NCBI GenBank assembly: GCA_017499595.2
Contig: CM039001.1
Coordinates: 186,001-250,000 of the forward strand
DNA: 64,000 nt
Reading direction: 5' to 3'
Origin: Psilocybe cubensis
Taxonomy: Eukaryota
The notes below the pieces were generated by a model, which was given only the letters and a program-made list of their open reading frames with translations, was not told where the DNA came from and made no database searches. Shown here in pieces: positions 49,586-62,725 of the stretch. The position numbers and the translations under genes were made by a program. Within the stretch, counting starts at the first letter, position 1. Each line of letters begins with the position of its first letter.

Positions 49586-51920
49586 TTACCTCTTCCTGAA
49601 CCACAACTTTGTCGCAACACCCATCCCTGCCTTCTTGCCCTGCCCAGCATCTTCATCGTCAGGCAACACTTTCTCTCCAGCAAGTCTCATATGCACAGAA
49701 TAAACTCGCCCATCAGCACCGTCATCATTATTATTCTCCAACCCATAGCCTTTCCGATGATCATTGCCACTACCTTGTTGCTTCGAATTGTGATTTCCAC
49801 TCCCGTTCTTGTCAGTAGGATTGTGCATGCTAACATCGTATGTCATAAGGACATGTGCGACCATCGTCTTGAGCTGATAGACAGCAGAGAACCTCCCCGG
49901 GCTGCTCAATGGAACCCAAAGAAATATTTAGTAACAAAGAATATTACGACAAGGGAGAGAACGCACCAAGCATGTTTGCCATACCCGAAGGCATGATAAT
50001 CCAGAGCAGGCTTGGCCAGGAGCGGCTGCATAAAGCTACCAGTCGGCAGGTCCCTTTCCTTCCCTGCATTGAGACTGCCTTTCTCATGGACACCCTCGTC
50101 CCCAACACCCTCTCCATCCATCACATACCTAAACCCTTCAAAGTTCCCCGCTCTCCCAAACCTCGCTTCATCTCTATACATAGCATGTGAGTTCGCATAC
50201 ATGGTCACGCCTGGAGGCACGAGTGTCCCATCCGAGAATACGAACGGTTGGACTGTCTTTCGCGAAACGTGCACTTTTTTCGCCGGTTGCAAGGTGAAAT
50301 GTTGTGATATGAGCAAGTAAGTCGAGGCGGGAGGGTGAATAAATAAATAGAGAACAGACTCACAAGGCTGTATATCAAAGCACCGTTGTACCTCCCTCAA
50401 CAAGCTGTCCAGGAGATACATCCTCCCCACAGCGTTTTTTGTCCATTCTAATCCTCCGCCATCCCTACCTTTCTCCGCCTCCTCGTCTCCACCGGCCCTC
50501 AACACTCGTTCCAGCTCCTCACGCAACGGGTAAAGGTACTCCTCTGGCGGATGACACGCAATAATCCGAAGCGCGTTTGTCAGCGCCTACATGCAAGCCA
50601 AGAAACAGGTTGATATTAGAGACTCAACACAAATATATAGGTACCACTCACAACCGCGATGTCCTCCGAAGCAAACGATAAGAAATAAACCCTTGTCGCC
50701 AAATCCAACGGCGTGCGCTCGTACCCGATCCGCTTCGCCTCGTCCATCAACCACTGCAAGACGTCGTTCTGCAAGAATCGGTAAACATGCATAGTATTGG
50801 TGAAAAGCAACATGAACTTGCCGGCTTCTCAGTCCATTCTGTCCCACTCGCGATGCATTCCGCCTCCTGCTCAAGCCTCTGCTTCACCTCGGGCTCAATC
50901 AGCACCGCCATCCGTCGCAAATCCTTCTGCACGTTAATAAGAAGTCTCGACGCAAGTCTGGCCAACCATCAGTTGTCACAGAATGGGATAGCCAAAGCGC
51001 ACTCACGGTCTCATAAATTTTGGAAAAAATCTCAACGCCCTCCCTTTCACGAGTGTCCGCACCGCACGGCCACAGAGCTCTTTAAACTCTTCGTTCTCAC
51101 CTTGACGTCCAAAGGGGATAAATGTCAAGAATGAAGAGGAGCTGTGTGGACTTACATAGAGGATAGCCCACAGACATCCGCGCCATAATCTTTCGCACCA
51201 ACTTGATTGTCACATCGTACACCGGTACCTGGACCCACTCCCCGACCTCTCCAGTGCCCTTCCTCAAGCCCTCGACAGCGTCATCATATCCGCGCACTAC
51301 TTCCTCCCGGACGACTCCAAACTTTGCCGCAATATTCCTCGTGATCGGTCCACGCACAACGCTGACATGGTACGGGTACTTGGTGACATCATGTCCGAGT
51401 GTATAATCCAGCTGTAAGAACTAGGCAAAAGAAAAAATAAGGGCGTGCAATAGCCATGAACAGCAGTGAATGCACCTCGGAGAATGCGAGAATGTTCGAT
51501 ACAACGTCCACGGGCGCCTTGCACATCTCGTCGACAGCTTGTGTGCTGTTCACTATGACCTCCCATGAAGTCAACGTAGGGACTTTGAATAGTTTGTTTG
51601 GGTACTGTGTGCATGTTTCCGTGAATATATAGCGAGGGTCTGTGAATAATCCACACCTTGCGATACCCTTCCTCAATCGTCTCATAAACATATGCCGGAT
51701 CTCGAAAGTACCTCCACGCAGAGATATACGTGAGCAAGGGGGTGGAATAACCAACAGTCGGAATGTGAGACAACTGACGAACAACGATCAGAATTTATTC
51801 GTTGGTAGTATTTTGACTGACCTTGTATCGTTTGGAATTGACATACACATAGTGTACAAGGCCGATAAAGGCCACCAGGGCAGAAAAGAGATGATACTGG
51901 TACATGTAGGTGTCAGACAT
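49586..51920 (-). CDS. Cytochrome P450 (CYP512-like), multi-exon, with low-complexity loop insertions
   Basis: Membrane anchor, SHIPTVG, PLREE, DSLLREVQR, FEGFRY and heme motif FGYGKHAC/PGRFSAV. Confidence 0.88.
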
Positions 51921-52699
51921 GCTGCCAGCCAGCAATGTCCGCAGTTAAAGATTTAAGAGAGCCGAAGTCAAAATAAAAGGCAACTTCCATATCACGATTA
52001 TGCGCATCGTGTCTCGGAGATTCGACGATGGGGAAAGAGGGGGCAATGTGGTGGGAGTCGAAGCACCAGTCTTGCACCTGCCATCAGCTATTATTTTGTT
52101 ACGTCATCAATAAAAACATACGACATTCTGACAAAAACGGTTTCGGGGATTTGTGGAAGTTGAATGAGAAACATCGCAGTTGCACGAATCTTTTAGGAGC
52201 TGCTGTAATGCTTGATTTCCCGTAAGAGAGAGCTGTCTTCCTTGTATAAATCTTAGCTAACTCTGTTTCTATATAGAAGATAGATACAATTGTTGATCAG
52301 GACTGCTGGTCTCGAAATACGACGATGTTTCTGCCAAAATTGGCAAACTGTAGGACATAAAAATCCGAGAGAAGTGGACAACGAAATTGAAATCACCGAC
52401 TTTTACGTTTTGGGACTGAAATCCGTTAAAATCGGTACATGCATGAGCTGTGCCTAACCCGGCAAGTGTACGGCAAGTGTACATAGGAGCACCCAACCCA
52501 GAAAGTGATAAGAAGAGACCATACATTGCAAGATCATCTTTCCAGATCAATGATTTACATCGGAAAGGTGGAGAACTACAAGGTTTATCATATAACATAC
52601 TTCATTTTTGCCAATGTCATTTTATACTCTCCCCGTTGATTCGTCACTTCGTGATCCTTGCCTCTGTACATGGTGACTACTTTGGAAGACAGTGAGGCA

Positions 52700-53396
52700 A
52701 GTCTTGCTTGTATTATGGCTAAGAAGACCACTCTTGCCATCGCAAGTGCTCGCCTATATTTCAGAAAACAGACTCAGCACCTGGAAACGGAAAATCGATG
52801 GATCTACTCCCGTCAAAAGGGAATATTTACCTTCGGTTACATCATGGAGGAAAGCCGCCCATCGAGTAAAGATTATACTGGAAGCTGTTGGTTCAAACTC
52901 ACGGACAAGAGGGGTAGTAATATGACGTGGATGTTTCCAGCTCATTCAAATTATTTGCTGGTTCATTCGTTTTTTCATGTCTTCCACGGTGAAGTGAGTA
53001 TCCATTAGTGGCTTTCTGACATTGAAACCTAATGATCCATTTCATGAAGAATCAATCATATGGAATTTTGTTTGAAGAGGACGGAGAAGCACTAATTTTT
53101 GGACACACTGTCAGACGGTATCTCTCAGAAGACGGCCTTAGGTAAGTCGTATCGCCAACCAAGGCTTATAAGACGCTCATATGTTTGGAAGACATTGTTC
53201 AGAATTCCTTAACCTTCCTATGAGAACATTGGACAATATTACAAGAAATTCACCAAGCGAAGACAGTCTTGAAACTCATACAACATACTCTTACGCGTCG
53301 TCTCGGACGACGTCTACGAATTATGGAATGTGTTACAGAAGAATGGTTCTATCTCAAGAATCAATAACACTCTTTATAGTACAAGATGCTAAGTAG
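52700..53396 (+). pseudogene. Decayed paralog of the BTB gene at 32490-34461; boundaries approximate
   Basis: YSYASSRTTSTNYGMCYRRMVLSQESI matches YSYPSSRTMSTEYGIYYTRLAISQETV; FLDTLSDGISQKTA matches ILDSLARGVTPQNA; frames are broken. Confidence 0.65.
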
Positions 53397-54459
53397 CACC
53401 TTTCTCCCCCTTAATTTTGAATAGCAACTTGCAATTATCGTTGAAGATTTGTAGATCTAAGATACTATTCAATCTTCAGGGATGCTTTTGTGGATTGGAC
53501 TGACAATCAGAAAGTCTCCAACAAGAAGTCAAATGTCGGGGTATACGTTCTCACGGAATCCGTAACCATAAAAGCAGTTACAACTTGGTGCAATGATGTT
53601 TCTTTTATTATCCATTTTTTTCCATCGCTTCCTCTTTGGGATACTCACCTATATGAACGGAAAACCCAATAAATCCTCGGATTCATCAATCATTGAACAT
53701 TTCCATTGCTTCCGCACATAGCCTACTGTCTTGAGTTCTAGATTTCGCGCCCGTTATCAGTGAGATTTCGGATGGGTTGTATAGATATGGTTATTGATGG
53801 CCAATCATATAAATAATCTCAGGGTACCTCTTCAGATAATCAAAACTGATTAAATATTGCCAATAATTGTGCTCCGAAACTCTCTTGTGAATTTTTTGAG
53901 AGCGTAAGATTTCGTACATTAAATTTGTGTAGCAAACATGTGAAGCGTACTATATGATTGAATATAGCGTGCAAAGAACTTCTGCTCAATTCTGCTTGCG
54001 GAGATGGGCGTTGTCGTATATTCATCCAATTTTGTTTGAATGTATGGATAGAAGGCCAATTATTTCATGCATGTAATTTCTATAGTTTCAAAGTGGGCAA
54101 ACTCGACTTTTTCGTCAAGTTTGGTCAAGTTCGGCCGTTTAGCACTGTGGTCGGACATCACCGAAGCTAAACCGTTGCCGATTCTAGTGCCGAAGCTACA
54201 TATGACCCCCGCCACTTTGGAACATTTTCTTCTTGAATTTTCACGTCAAAAGTCTATTAATCTCAGAGTTCTATGCAGAAATTTCCTGATTATACTGAAA
54301 GCCTTTATTGCGCGGCACAACATTAGACATCCATTGTACTAAAATAATAGTAATGCTCTGCCATCAGGCTCAAGGATTATGACAGTTTGAAACGTTTGTA
54401 CGTTTCTATACTGTTGAGCAGACTCTGCGTAATGACACCGCCACTCATCACAAATAAAC

Positions 54460-54949
54460 CTATAGTCGGCAATAGCTTTCACTGCCAATAGATCATTTTC
54501 AATCATGCTCACAGCTCAGCCTAGGTCATAAACACTCACCGTCCAGGATAAAGGTAGCACGTCTTCACTCCTTGCTCGGTGATATAGTATCCCGAAATAG
54601 AACCATATTCTTTCAACGCGCACGAGCCAATAGCAACCAAAGCGCGGCGTACGGCATCATACGGAATAACAACATCCTCTGGAGAATTTGGCTCGCCCGT
54701 ACTCGTGCTGTTGCAGGTGGTGACAATTGAGCACGCCCCTTTAGTTATTGTCGCGCGGTTGTTAATGCAGGACACTACGGTATGGTCATCGTCGAGATTC
54801 TCGCTAATGAGTGCAAGACAGTCGTGTGGATCGGCGCCTGGGTACGGGTGGCAAGGTCCGGGGCCTGCTGTATAGTTTTGTGCGAAAACGAGATGGCAGA
54901 GGAAGAAAGCTGTAGAGAGACTAAAGATTAACGAGCGAACAAAAGTCAT
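54460..54949 (-). CDS. Small secreted cysteine-rich protein (~143 aa, 8 Cys in the mature part)
   Basis: Signal peptide ending VFA/QN; intron 54539-54482 adds the C-terminus ESYCRL. Confidence 0.8.
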
Positions 54950-55696
54950 TTTGATTGATCTATATAAACCAGACGTCAGGTTAGATCATTCGTTAAGGCG
55001 TTATGTGTTTAATAAGATATTAACATACAAAAGATAGTGGGTAAGCCTATGGGCTTTGGGTGTATGATGGCTGTGACGTTGAAGGGGAATCCTGCAACGT
55101 TGCAATCCAGAAGACAATGCCTGACCTTTTATAAGTATCGGATATACGTAGGCACCCCACTTCACATTAAGTCGCTAACTATATCGAGCTAGGTCGAGGG
55201 GAATACTGTCAAACTTTTGCATGAGCCGAAACCTGTATATTACAACATACCGTACGTCGATGTTACATCAATGGGCTCTCTTGGCGCCCTCGAGCTCTGT
55301 TGCATGCACACTTGGTTTTTTTAAAAAAATTTTAAAGAAATCAGCAATTGCATGCACACTTTGTCTACTTGGCCATCTACCGAGCCGGACTGTAGCCTCA
55401 ATGTTATTCAATGCCAGTTAGCAGGACAATGTGAACGTTTGACTCTGAGAGATTCATCGTTGACATCTTTTGTTGCCAGCAACTTTGAAAGTGTTTGGGC
55501 ATCGTCTCCGTTGCTGGACGGTCAAGATGGATGGGACTAGACGGGGAAAACTTTTACTAAGTGATGAATGGCCATGCTCATTATGTATAACATGGGAATG
55601 GTCGGGATTTGGTAACGTCGAGTTTAGAATGTTATCACACTACTGAATTATAACATAAGTTTATTTGCAGTGCCACCTTCACAGATTTACCGCGCG

Positions 55697-56734
55697 TTAT
55701 GTGATAACACACTTTGTGTGCGTAGCCCTCACACGTCTGGCAGAAGGATTAGCTGTAAAGATACCGTCATATAAGCACTAGAAGCCTATTGACAGACTGA
55801 CACCTACCTGCAATCCTCATCGCTTCCTCAAATACATCTTGAACTCCGTAGCCTGCTCGAGCAGAGCACTCCATATAGCAAACCGCACCAATGTCTTTGG
55901 CCATCGCATACCCTTGATGATGCTGTAACATCGTGATCCGTCTAATGGTATATCAAAGATGAAGTGAAATGTAGAAAATGGTTCATGTTCAACACTGTTG
56001 ATTAAACTTACCGATCGTGTAACAGGGCCACTGTCGCGGCGTCATCTCGTAAATCAATCTTGGTACCCACTAGCAAGATAGGAGCGGATGGGAAATGATG
56101 CGCTGTTTCTGGATACCACTAAGAATGAGCAGAGTGAGTACACAATAGTCCAAGTATGGCCCAGTTTGAGAGACGCACCTTTGTTCTAACGTGTTCATAA
56201 CTAGACGGATCAGCTACGCTAAAACACAACACAAAGACGTCGGTCTGTGGGTACACGAGTGGGCGTAGACGATCGCACTCTTCTCCGCCCACAGTGTCCC
56301 ACAGCGACAGGCAAACATTTCTGCCATCAACCTGACGAATTGTTGCATACGATTCATACACTGGACTCGAGAGGTCAAATTTTTCTACCTCTTGAATGTC
56401 CTCCGGTGAAAAAATATATACCTGCAGGAATGTACAAATTCTCCTGTAAGATGGACATTCGAATGCATGAAAACTGCGAATGGTGCTGTCAGGATGAAAG
56501 GTTAAAACATACCGGATATTTTTGTGTCGTATAGGTGATGAGCAAGCTCGTCTTCAGACGATTATAAGTATCAGACGTCGAGGGAAACATATCCATTTGC
56601 TAGAATGCGCTCACTTTGCCTACCCTATTGTCTCCAATAAATACAACTAAAGAAAGCATTCAGTGTGTGAGTCGAGTCGGCTCTGATAAACTATAAAATG
56701 GACTACCTTTAAGAAAATGAAAGGGATCGTCCAT
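55697..56734 (-). CDS. Atypical Rac/Cdc42-like Rho GTPase A (8 exons, CAAX = CVIT)
   Basis: Spliced: [28 protein letters not shown]...LYIPAVYESY...[23 protein letters not shown]...VGTKIDLR...YMECSA...KCVIT. Confidence 0.85.
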
Positions 56735-57328
56735 CTCTGGTGGTGAAGGGTATAGAAGTATGAGGGTGCCGGTCTCTCTGTTGTAGGAAAGGGAGTGAGA
56801 GGAGCATTCTCTTGATGATCTATTACTGCGGTTATTAATGATATAAATGCATCTGGGGTCATCGTAAATGGCAATGTAGTCCCCAGCATTTGACTTCTTC
56901 CTGAGTCGCGATCGTGAGTGGCCAGAATGTTGATCAATTGATGATCACATTACTATAATTAATAATTCCCGTTGATCCTAGACGAAAAATCAGCGACACA
57001 AAGCAAACCGGATTATATCCATCCTGATTCGACGGTCAACCAACAATCATCGCTGTCGTGATCAAAAAATTGAGGCAATTACGGATGCCTTTGGAATTGC
57101 AAATGTATTTCAGCTTGGTCTATTAACGAATTATATGGGCACTAACCAAAGCTTTGAAGTAGTAGAAACTCACTTTTATTTAAAGAAATAAACAAATAAT
57201 TGGTTTTCTTTGACGAAGCAGACCAGATGTAGGTTTTTTTTTGTCACTGAGTACGGCTTGGCAGAGATGCTTCCAGTATTAAGCTTGACACATCTTTACA
57301 CCTTTGGACGAAAACAGTGTAGGCGATA

Positions 57329-57356
57329 TGATGATGATGATGATGATGATGATGAT
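57329..57356. repeat. (tga)n microsatellite, intergenic
   Basis: Direct inspection. Confidence 0.9.
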
Positions 57357-58565
57357 GTGAGGATATGTCATTGAACGTTGATTAAAGAGTTATAACTCTA
57401 CAGCCCCTTAGTGACAACAACGTACGCGACGCGTCGCAGGCATTGGTCACATGATGGAATGAAAAGGGGGCCTTCCGACTTCGTAGCTTTGGCTCTGATT
57501 GTCTCGTGAGAAAGAGTGTGGGTTTGCAGCAGAATGAAAGCGCACAGATGTTTTCTCATTAGGTGACTGGAGACCAATTCGGCTCACAATTAGACTGAGA
57601 GAAAAAAAATGAAATCGGTACTGACAATAGCCATGAGAAGGAAGTTTGAGGAATTTGAAGGGTGTTTTTGCCACTCACTGGAAAACCACAATCTGCACGT
57701 CTTGTGATTAGTGATGTCTGTGCTCCAGGATTTCTGTAAGAAGCACTGAGTGCTCTCAACGTGTGTGTAGACAACAACCTTTCCGACTCTGTCATCCCCG
57801 TGGGCTTGAAAGACCCGCCGATTAGCCCGTTGACTAGCACACGAAGTGTGCGATTGACAACAATGAACTCACATTGAATGCTTTCGGTCATAATTTTTAT
57901 GTCACAGGAAACGCCTCCACAGAGGAAATGGCTGATAGTTTTAATTTCGCTTTCTCTGGTGTCGATGGTGGCAGAACTCGGAGGCCTCTAGAATCGAGTC
58001 ACGTCGAGGCTATGCATGTCAAGTCGCGCGTGTGTCGTAATTTCATGATAATGGCGTTGAAGAGCATGTCGGTGTTTATGGCTAGATATCAGCTCTAAAG
58101 ATCTAAGCGCTGGGCATGATATGTTTTGGGATTGGATCGATGTAGGATTTCGTTTGTTAGGCTCGAAGCGTGCGTGATAACCTCCCCTGAAGTGCAGAAC
58201 TGGTCACGTTGTAGCCCCTATCCCCTGTTCATGTAATATCTCACCTTTAAGGAGATCTAGGATACCTTGGAATGTTTTTATCAAGCTTTCAGGGATCATG
58301 CATCAGTTAAAGTAGTACTAAAAATCTCTTGTAGAAATTCAAACCATCTCACATAGGATATTTTACTTTTTCTATCGCGTCGCGTCGTGTCTACAGTCGT
58401 GTCATGTGATAGTCACCGTGAATAAAGGGGTGGTAGGGACTTTCGAGCTAATACTCCCCTCAGAATCGTCTCTTTTAAGTGAGACTGAGGGTATTTGAAG
58501 GTATCATTTCCCAAATACTCTGCCTTTGATGGTCTATATGGCGAGCAACACGGAGGTTACTATTT

Positions 58566-59586
58566 CTACATAATCACACACCTCCGCGGAGATTCCGGTA
58601 CTTTCCTCTCAGACGAGCTCACTGTTTACCATGCAAACGCCCTTCATCAATATCCCAATGCCCTTCATATGAAATAGACAGAAAATAAAATTCTCACCTA
58701 CAAGTTTAATTGCTTCTTCAAATACAGCTCTAATCCCGAATCCAGTGCGCGAAGAACACTCAACATAGCCCCCTGCACCTATTTCCTTGCACAGGGCCAC
58801 TCCCTGTTGACGTTGGATGGGCGCTGTGTGTCTCAATCGGACAGTCAAAAAACAGATGATTCTGAATCACCGGATACTCACCTGTCATGCAACGCATCAA
58901 GGGTTGTTGCGTCATCGCATAAATCTGTCTTTGTTCCAACGACGAGGACAGCTGCGGAAGGAAGATGGTGAGCTACCTCAGGTGCCCACTATAGGATCAC
59001 CGAAATTTGTAAGAATAGTGTTTATCGTTGAGCTAACGATACTTTTATCTGAACGAAACAACGCGACCCACGATTGTCCGGATGTTTTCAAAGCTGGCGT
59101 GTTCGACCACAGAAAAGCAAAGCAGGAATATGTCGGTTGATGGGTACAACAAAGGACGAAGGCGGTTGTAATATTCGCCTCCGCTAGCATCAAATAGGTC
59201 AATATGGTACTCGTCAGTCTTATTAACCCAATGATGTGCTGTATGGGTGTCGAAAACTGAGAAAGGAAGACTATGAGCGGCCTGGAGTAAACCACAGGAG
59301 ACTGTTTTCCGAGGCAACGTACCAGTGGGGATATAATCAGTCTATACAATCGAAACCAGTTCGTCCGTGAAATAAATTTACGACAGACAGGGAAAGCGCA
59401 CTGGAAAGATATTGGTTGTATATTTTATGAGAAGGGATGTCTGTGCGTACGCATTTAGTTGTATGACAACTTGAAGTACTCCACAACTATCCACACCTTG
59501 CCCACCGCGCCATCTCCGAGAACTACCACTAACATCCATCCTAAGGTTAATGATCATCAATGAATTGGCCATCCCTTACATTTCAT
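58566..59586 (-). CDS. Atypical Rac/Cdc42-like Rho GTPase B (8 exons, CAAX = CVIM)
   Basis: Spliced: [21 protein letters not shown]...DYIPTVFDTH...[23 protein letters not shown]...VGTKTDLC...YVECSS...RRCVIM. Confidence 0.85.
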
Positions 59587-60285
59587 TGGAAACGGAATGG
59601 CTAAGGAAGAGGTAATGGAGGATACCAAGTTGAGTAACAGAAGGGCAGGAGAAAGGCAGGCGACAACTACCCTATCCCCCGAGAATAAAATAAGGACTCA
59701 AGCACAGCATTGTAGTGGACGCAACACCATCCCCTCCTGCCTTGGCCCATGACACCTGCTTTTTGACAACTTGATGCTATTCCTCTAGACATGTGCATGA
59801 AGGAACGTGTAATTGTTGATCATTCAACAGTTACACGTTCTGGTTATCTAGCAGTTGAGGAGACTATTTGTCAGCATTCAGTACTTCTCTCTCTCTTTTT
59901 CCCATGGGACTGTTGAGTTTGAACCAGATTGTAAGTAATATATATAGCATGAGTTCAAAGTACTGTTCAAAGGATTTAGATGCAACGTACGTGCTTATTC
60001 AAGTTTCGTCTCCACATTCTAGTGCAAAGGTCACTATCCACGAGGAACATCCAAAAAAAAAATGCTACTCTCGGGAAAAGGTTGCCCAGCCCTAGGTTCC
60101 TACCTGATACAATATCACTGAGTATACGCCTGGTTGTAAATAGTCACTGTTCATAGTACAATCGTTCGAGCTTGCTTCGGAGCATTAAGCGCTAAGGCAT
60201 CAAGTCAAAGAGTTATAAAGAACAAATGTTGTACTCCATCGATAGTTTTATTCTGCAGTCGCCGGTTACCTACGGCAGGTACTTA

Positions 60286-61719
60286 CTATAGATTGAGAGT
60301 GGAGATGGCACCCATCATCTTCAGATACGACGCTGGCGAGCTAGCAACACCTTTTCCTTTAGGCCCGACGAACGTATCAAGAAGCGCCGCGCCTCCGTCG
60401 CGGCCAGCCATATAATCCGCCAAGTATTTGGCAGCAGTCGCCTCCTTGATCCCGCTCAGCCGCGCGACGTCTCTGCTCAGCCCCAGTTTGTCCAGTCCGC
60501 TGGGGTGTGCTGCAACGCAGGCATGTAGCACGCCTAGAAATGTCTGTGCGCGGCCATTTACGGTGAGCAGGTGTGGACGCGAGAAGAAGCGGTATCGTTT
60601 GGGGAGGAAGCGGATGCGCGGATGGAGAGGGTGAATTTTTGTGTTCGTTGTCCCCGGATGCGAGAGTTCAAGCCCAATGCGTGGTGAGTAGTATATTGTA
60701 TCTGCTTCTACATTATCTGCCTTAGCAGTGCTAGTGGTGGATATAGGTTTGAGGAACAGCGCTGTGGACTTCGGCGTGTTCGACGGGGTGTCTGCACCAT
60801 CAATTTTAGCTTCGGTCGGCGACGCGAACACGAATGCGGACGTGTTCCCAGCCCAATTGTTAGAGTCATGGACAAGTTCCTGTATGCTACCCACACCGCT
60901 TGCAGCAAGGATACGGTCAACAAGCAAAGACGGGCCAGAGATAATTTTCTTGCTCTTGACCTCGCGGATGCTGCGAAGAAGGATGCCGCCCATGCGCTGT
61001 GGCTCGTTGTTGATCGCCGGGGCTCTTGAAGGCGATGCGGATGTTGGGCCTGAAGAACTGGGCAATTGTGGGGCCAGGGCCCCACCGAATGTCAAATCCA
61101 GGCCTTTGCGCGATCCACCACGGTATTCAGTAGTGCTCGTCGCGCTACGCGTCGAGTCTTTAGAAAACCGTGGCGCGCGATGAAAGTACCTGTCCAATTT
61201 CAGGCACCAGATATAATAACACACTCGTTAACGTGATGCAAAAAGGCAAAAGCGAATGTCGAGGTGAAGAGGTGGGATACAGGATACATATATAAGTATA
61301 CGTGAATGCACTCACCAGCGCCCGCTGACTTTCTGCTCTTCACTTCCATGCGTGAATGGGTCTTCGTGGCAGCCATCCAGCCGCAAGTAAAACTCAGCCT
61401 CCAAAATTTGGAATTCCACGTCTTCAGGTGGTGGTTCATCCCCAGATTTGGTAGGAGGCCTGACGACGAGCCGGAATTCGTGCAGCAGCGCGCGTGCGAT
61501 GCGGTAAAGCCGCGTAGCTATCTCATCTTCACCCTCGACTCCGCCTCCGACAGAAGAAAAGTCGAGCAGCTGCTCGAACTCACGCAGAAGCTTGTCGCTC
61601 GTCACGGCGTCCAGCGTCGTGGACTCTGTCGCATTGCTGTGCGACGCTTCAGGCGCGTTAGGCTTCGTCCTTTTCACGAACATTGGATAGACTTTGTCCG
61701 ATTTCCGTTTTTCTGCCAT
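60286..61719 (-). CDS. Protein with a 3-methyladenine DNA glycosylase (MPG/AAG)-like fold; intron 61315-61190
   Basis: QILEAEFYL....EDPFTH, WYFH, GLDLTFG, GGILLRSI, SGPSLLVD, SPRIGL and YRF parallel the MPG motifs (E.EAY..D.A.H, VLLRA, GP.KL, PR.GI, RF). Confidence 0.7.
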
Positions 61720-62725
61720 GACCTTGGACCATGCACTCGGAGGGAAAGGATATGTTGGGTTTGGGGACGTCTCTGGTGACGGTTCTTTGGCAAGGCTATA
61801 GCGCTGTCAGGGTCGCGATAGATGACATCGTGATTTAGAAGTCGAAAGCGTGGTGCGTGGGAACACTGCTTTACCACTCCGTGTAAGGAAAGTCTACGAT
61901 GTGCTACTACATAACTTGGTCGCGCCACCTGCGTTATGGACATCTCTGAAGTAGATATTTATGCGCCCCAGAAGTACACTTGTACTTTTGTGCAACTTAA
62001 AAACCCTGCCGATTATCAAAGTAAAGTCATCCGACTCTCAAGCGTCATTGTGTTGCTACGACAGGGGTGTTCGGGAGCTACGGTAAAATCTTTGTAAAAT
62101 TCACTAAATTTTATTGAACTTCAGTACAGCCAATTTTACGCTCGATAAGCATTATGTACTACATTTCTCACCGGAATTGTACGGCACAAATAAAGAAATC
62201 CACAGAAAACTTGCGCTAGCTCCATCTCAGGCGACCGGCGCTTAATGAGAAAGATCACGTCCAAAAGAGGAGCGAACGCAACCTAAAATGGAGTTTGTAG
62301 AATGGAGATGGCTACATAGTGTCACACCTACCGCAAGTATAATTTTTATACCTGGGTGGCTTGCCATTCCTCTGACAGGCTCGCGTGGACCAGCCAAATA
62401 CGTGATTTTTGCACTCAGGTCGTGCGAACGATCCTAAAGCTATATTGTTTTCACCAATGCGACAATGAATGCAGCACAGCATAGCGCAATATAATACCAC
62501 TTCCTATATTGTACGCCAGTAGTTTTGACAGCCGTGTCGAAAAAGGATATCTTATATTGCTTGCCAACCTATTCGGGCTACTGGTGGCACGAATATGAGC
62601 GAGCTGGGACACACATGTCGCTCCTGTCCTGTATAAAAAGCCAGCTTCATACCTCATCGTGCACAAGACATTCCACATACTCACAGAACAAAGATACCAG
62701 CTAAACTTCTTACATCTAACCTAAC

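Noticed and set aside
27410-51920. Possible psilocybin cluster (P450, MFS and a Trp-related enzyme)
   Set aside because: No PsiD-like decarboxylase, PsiK-like kinase or PsiM-like methyltransferase is recognisable; the Trp enzyme is a dioxygenase
53700-54340. Stop-interrupted, coding-like minus-strand sequence
   Set aside because: No recognisable motif; a pseudogene call cannot be supported without a search
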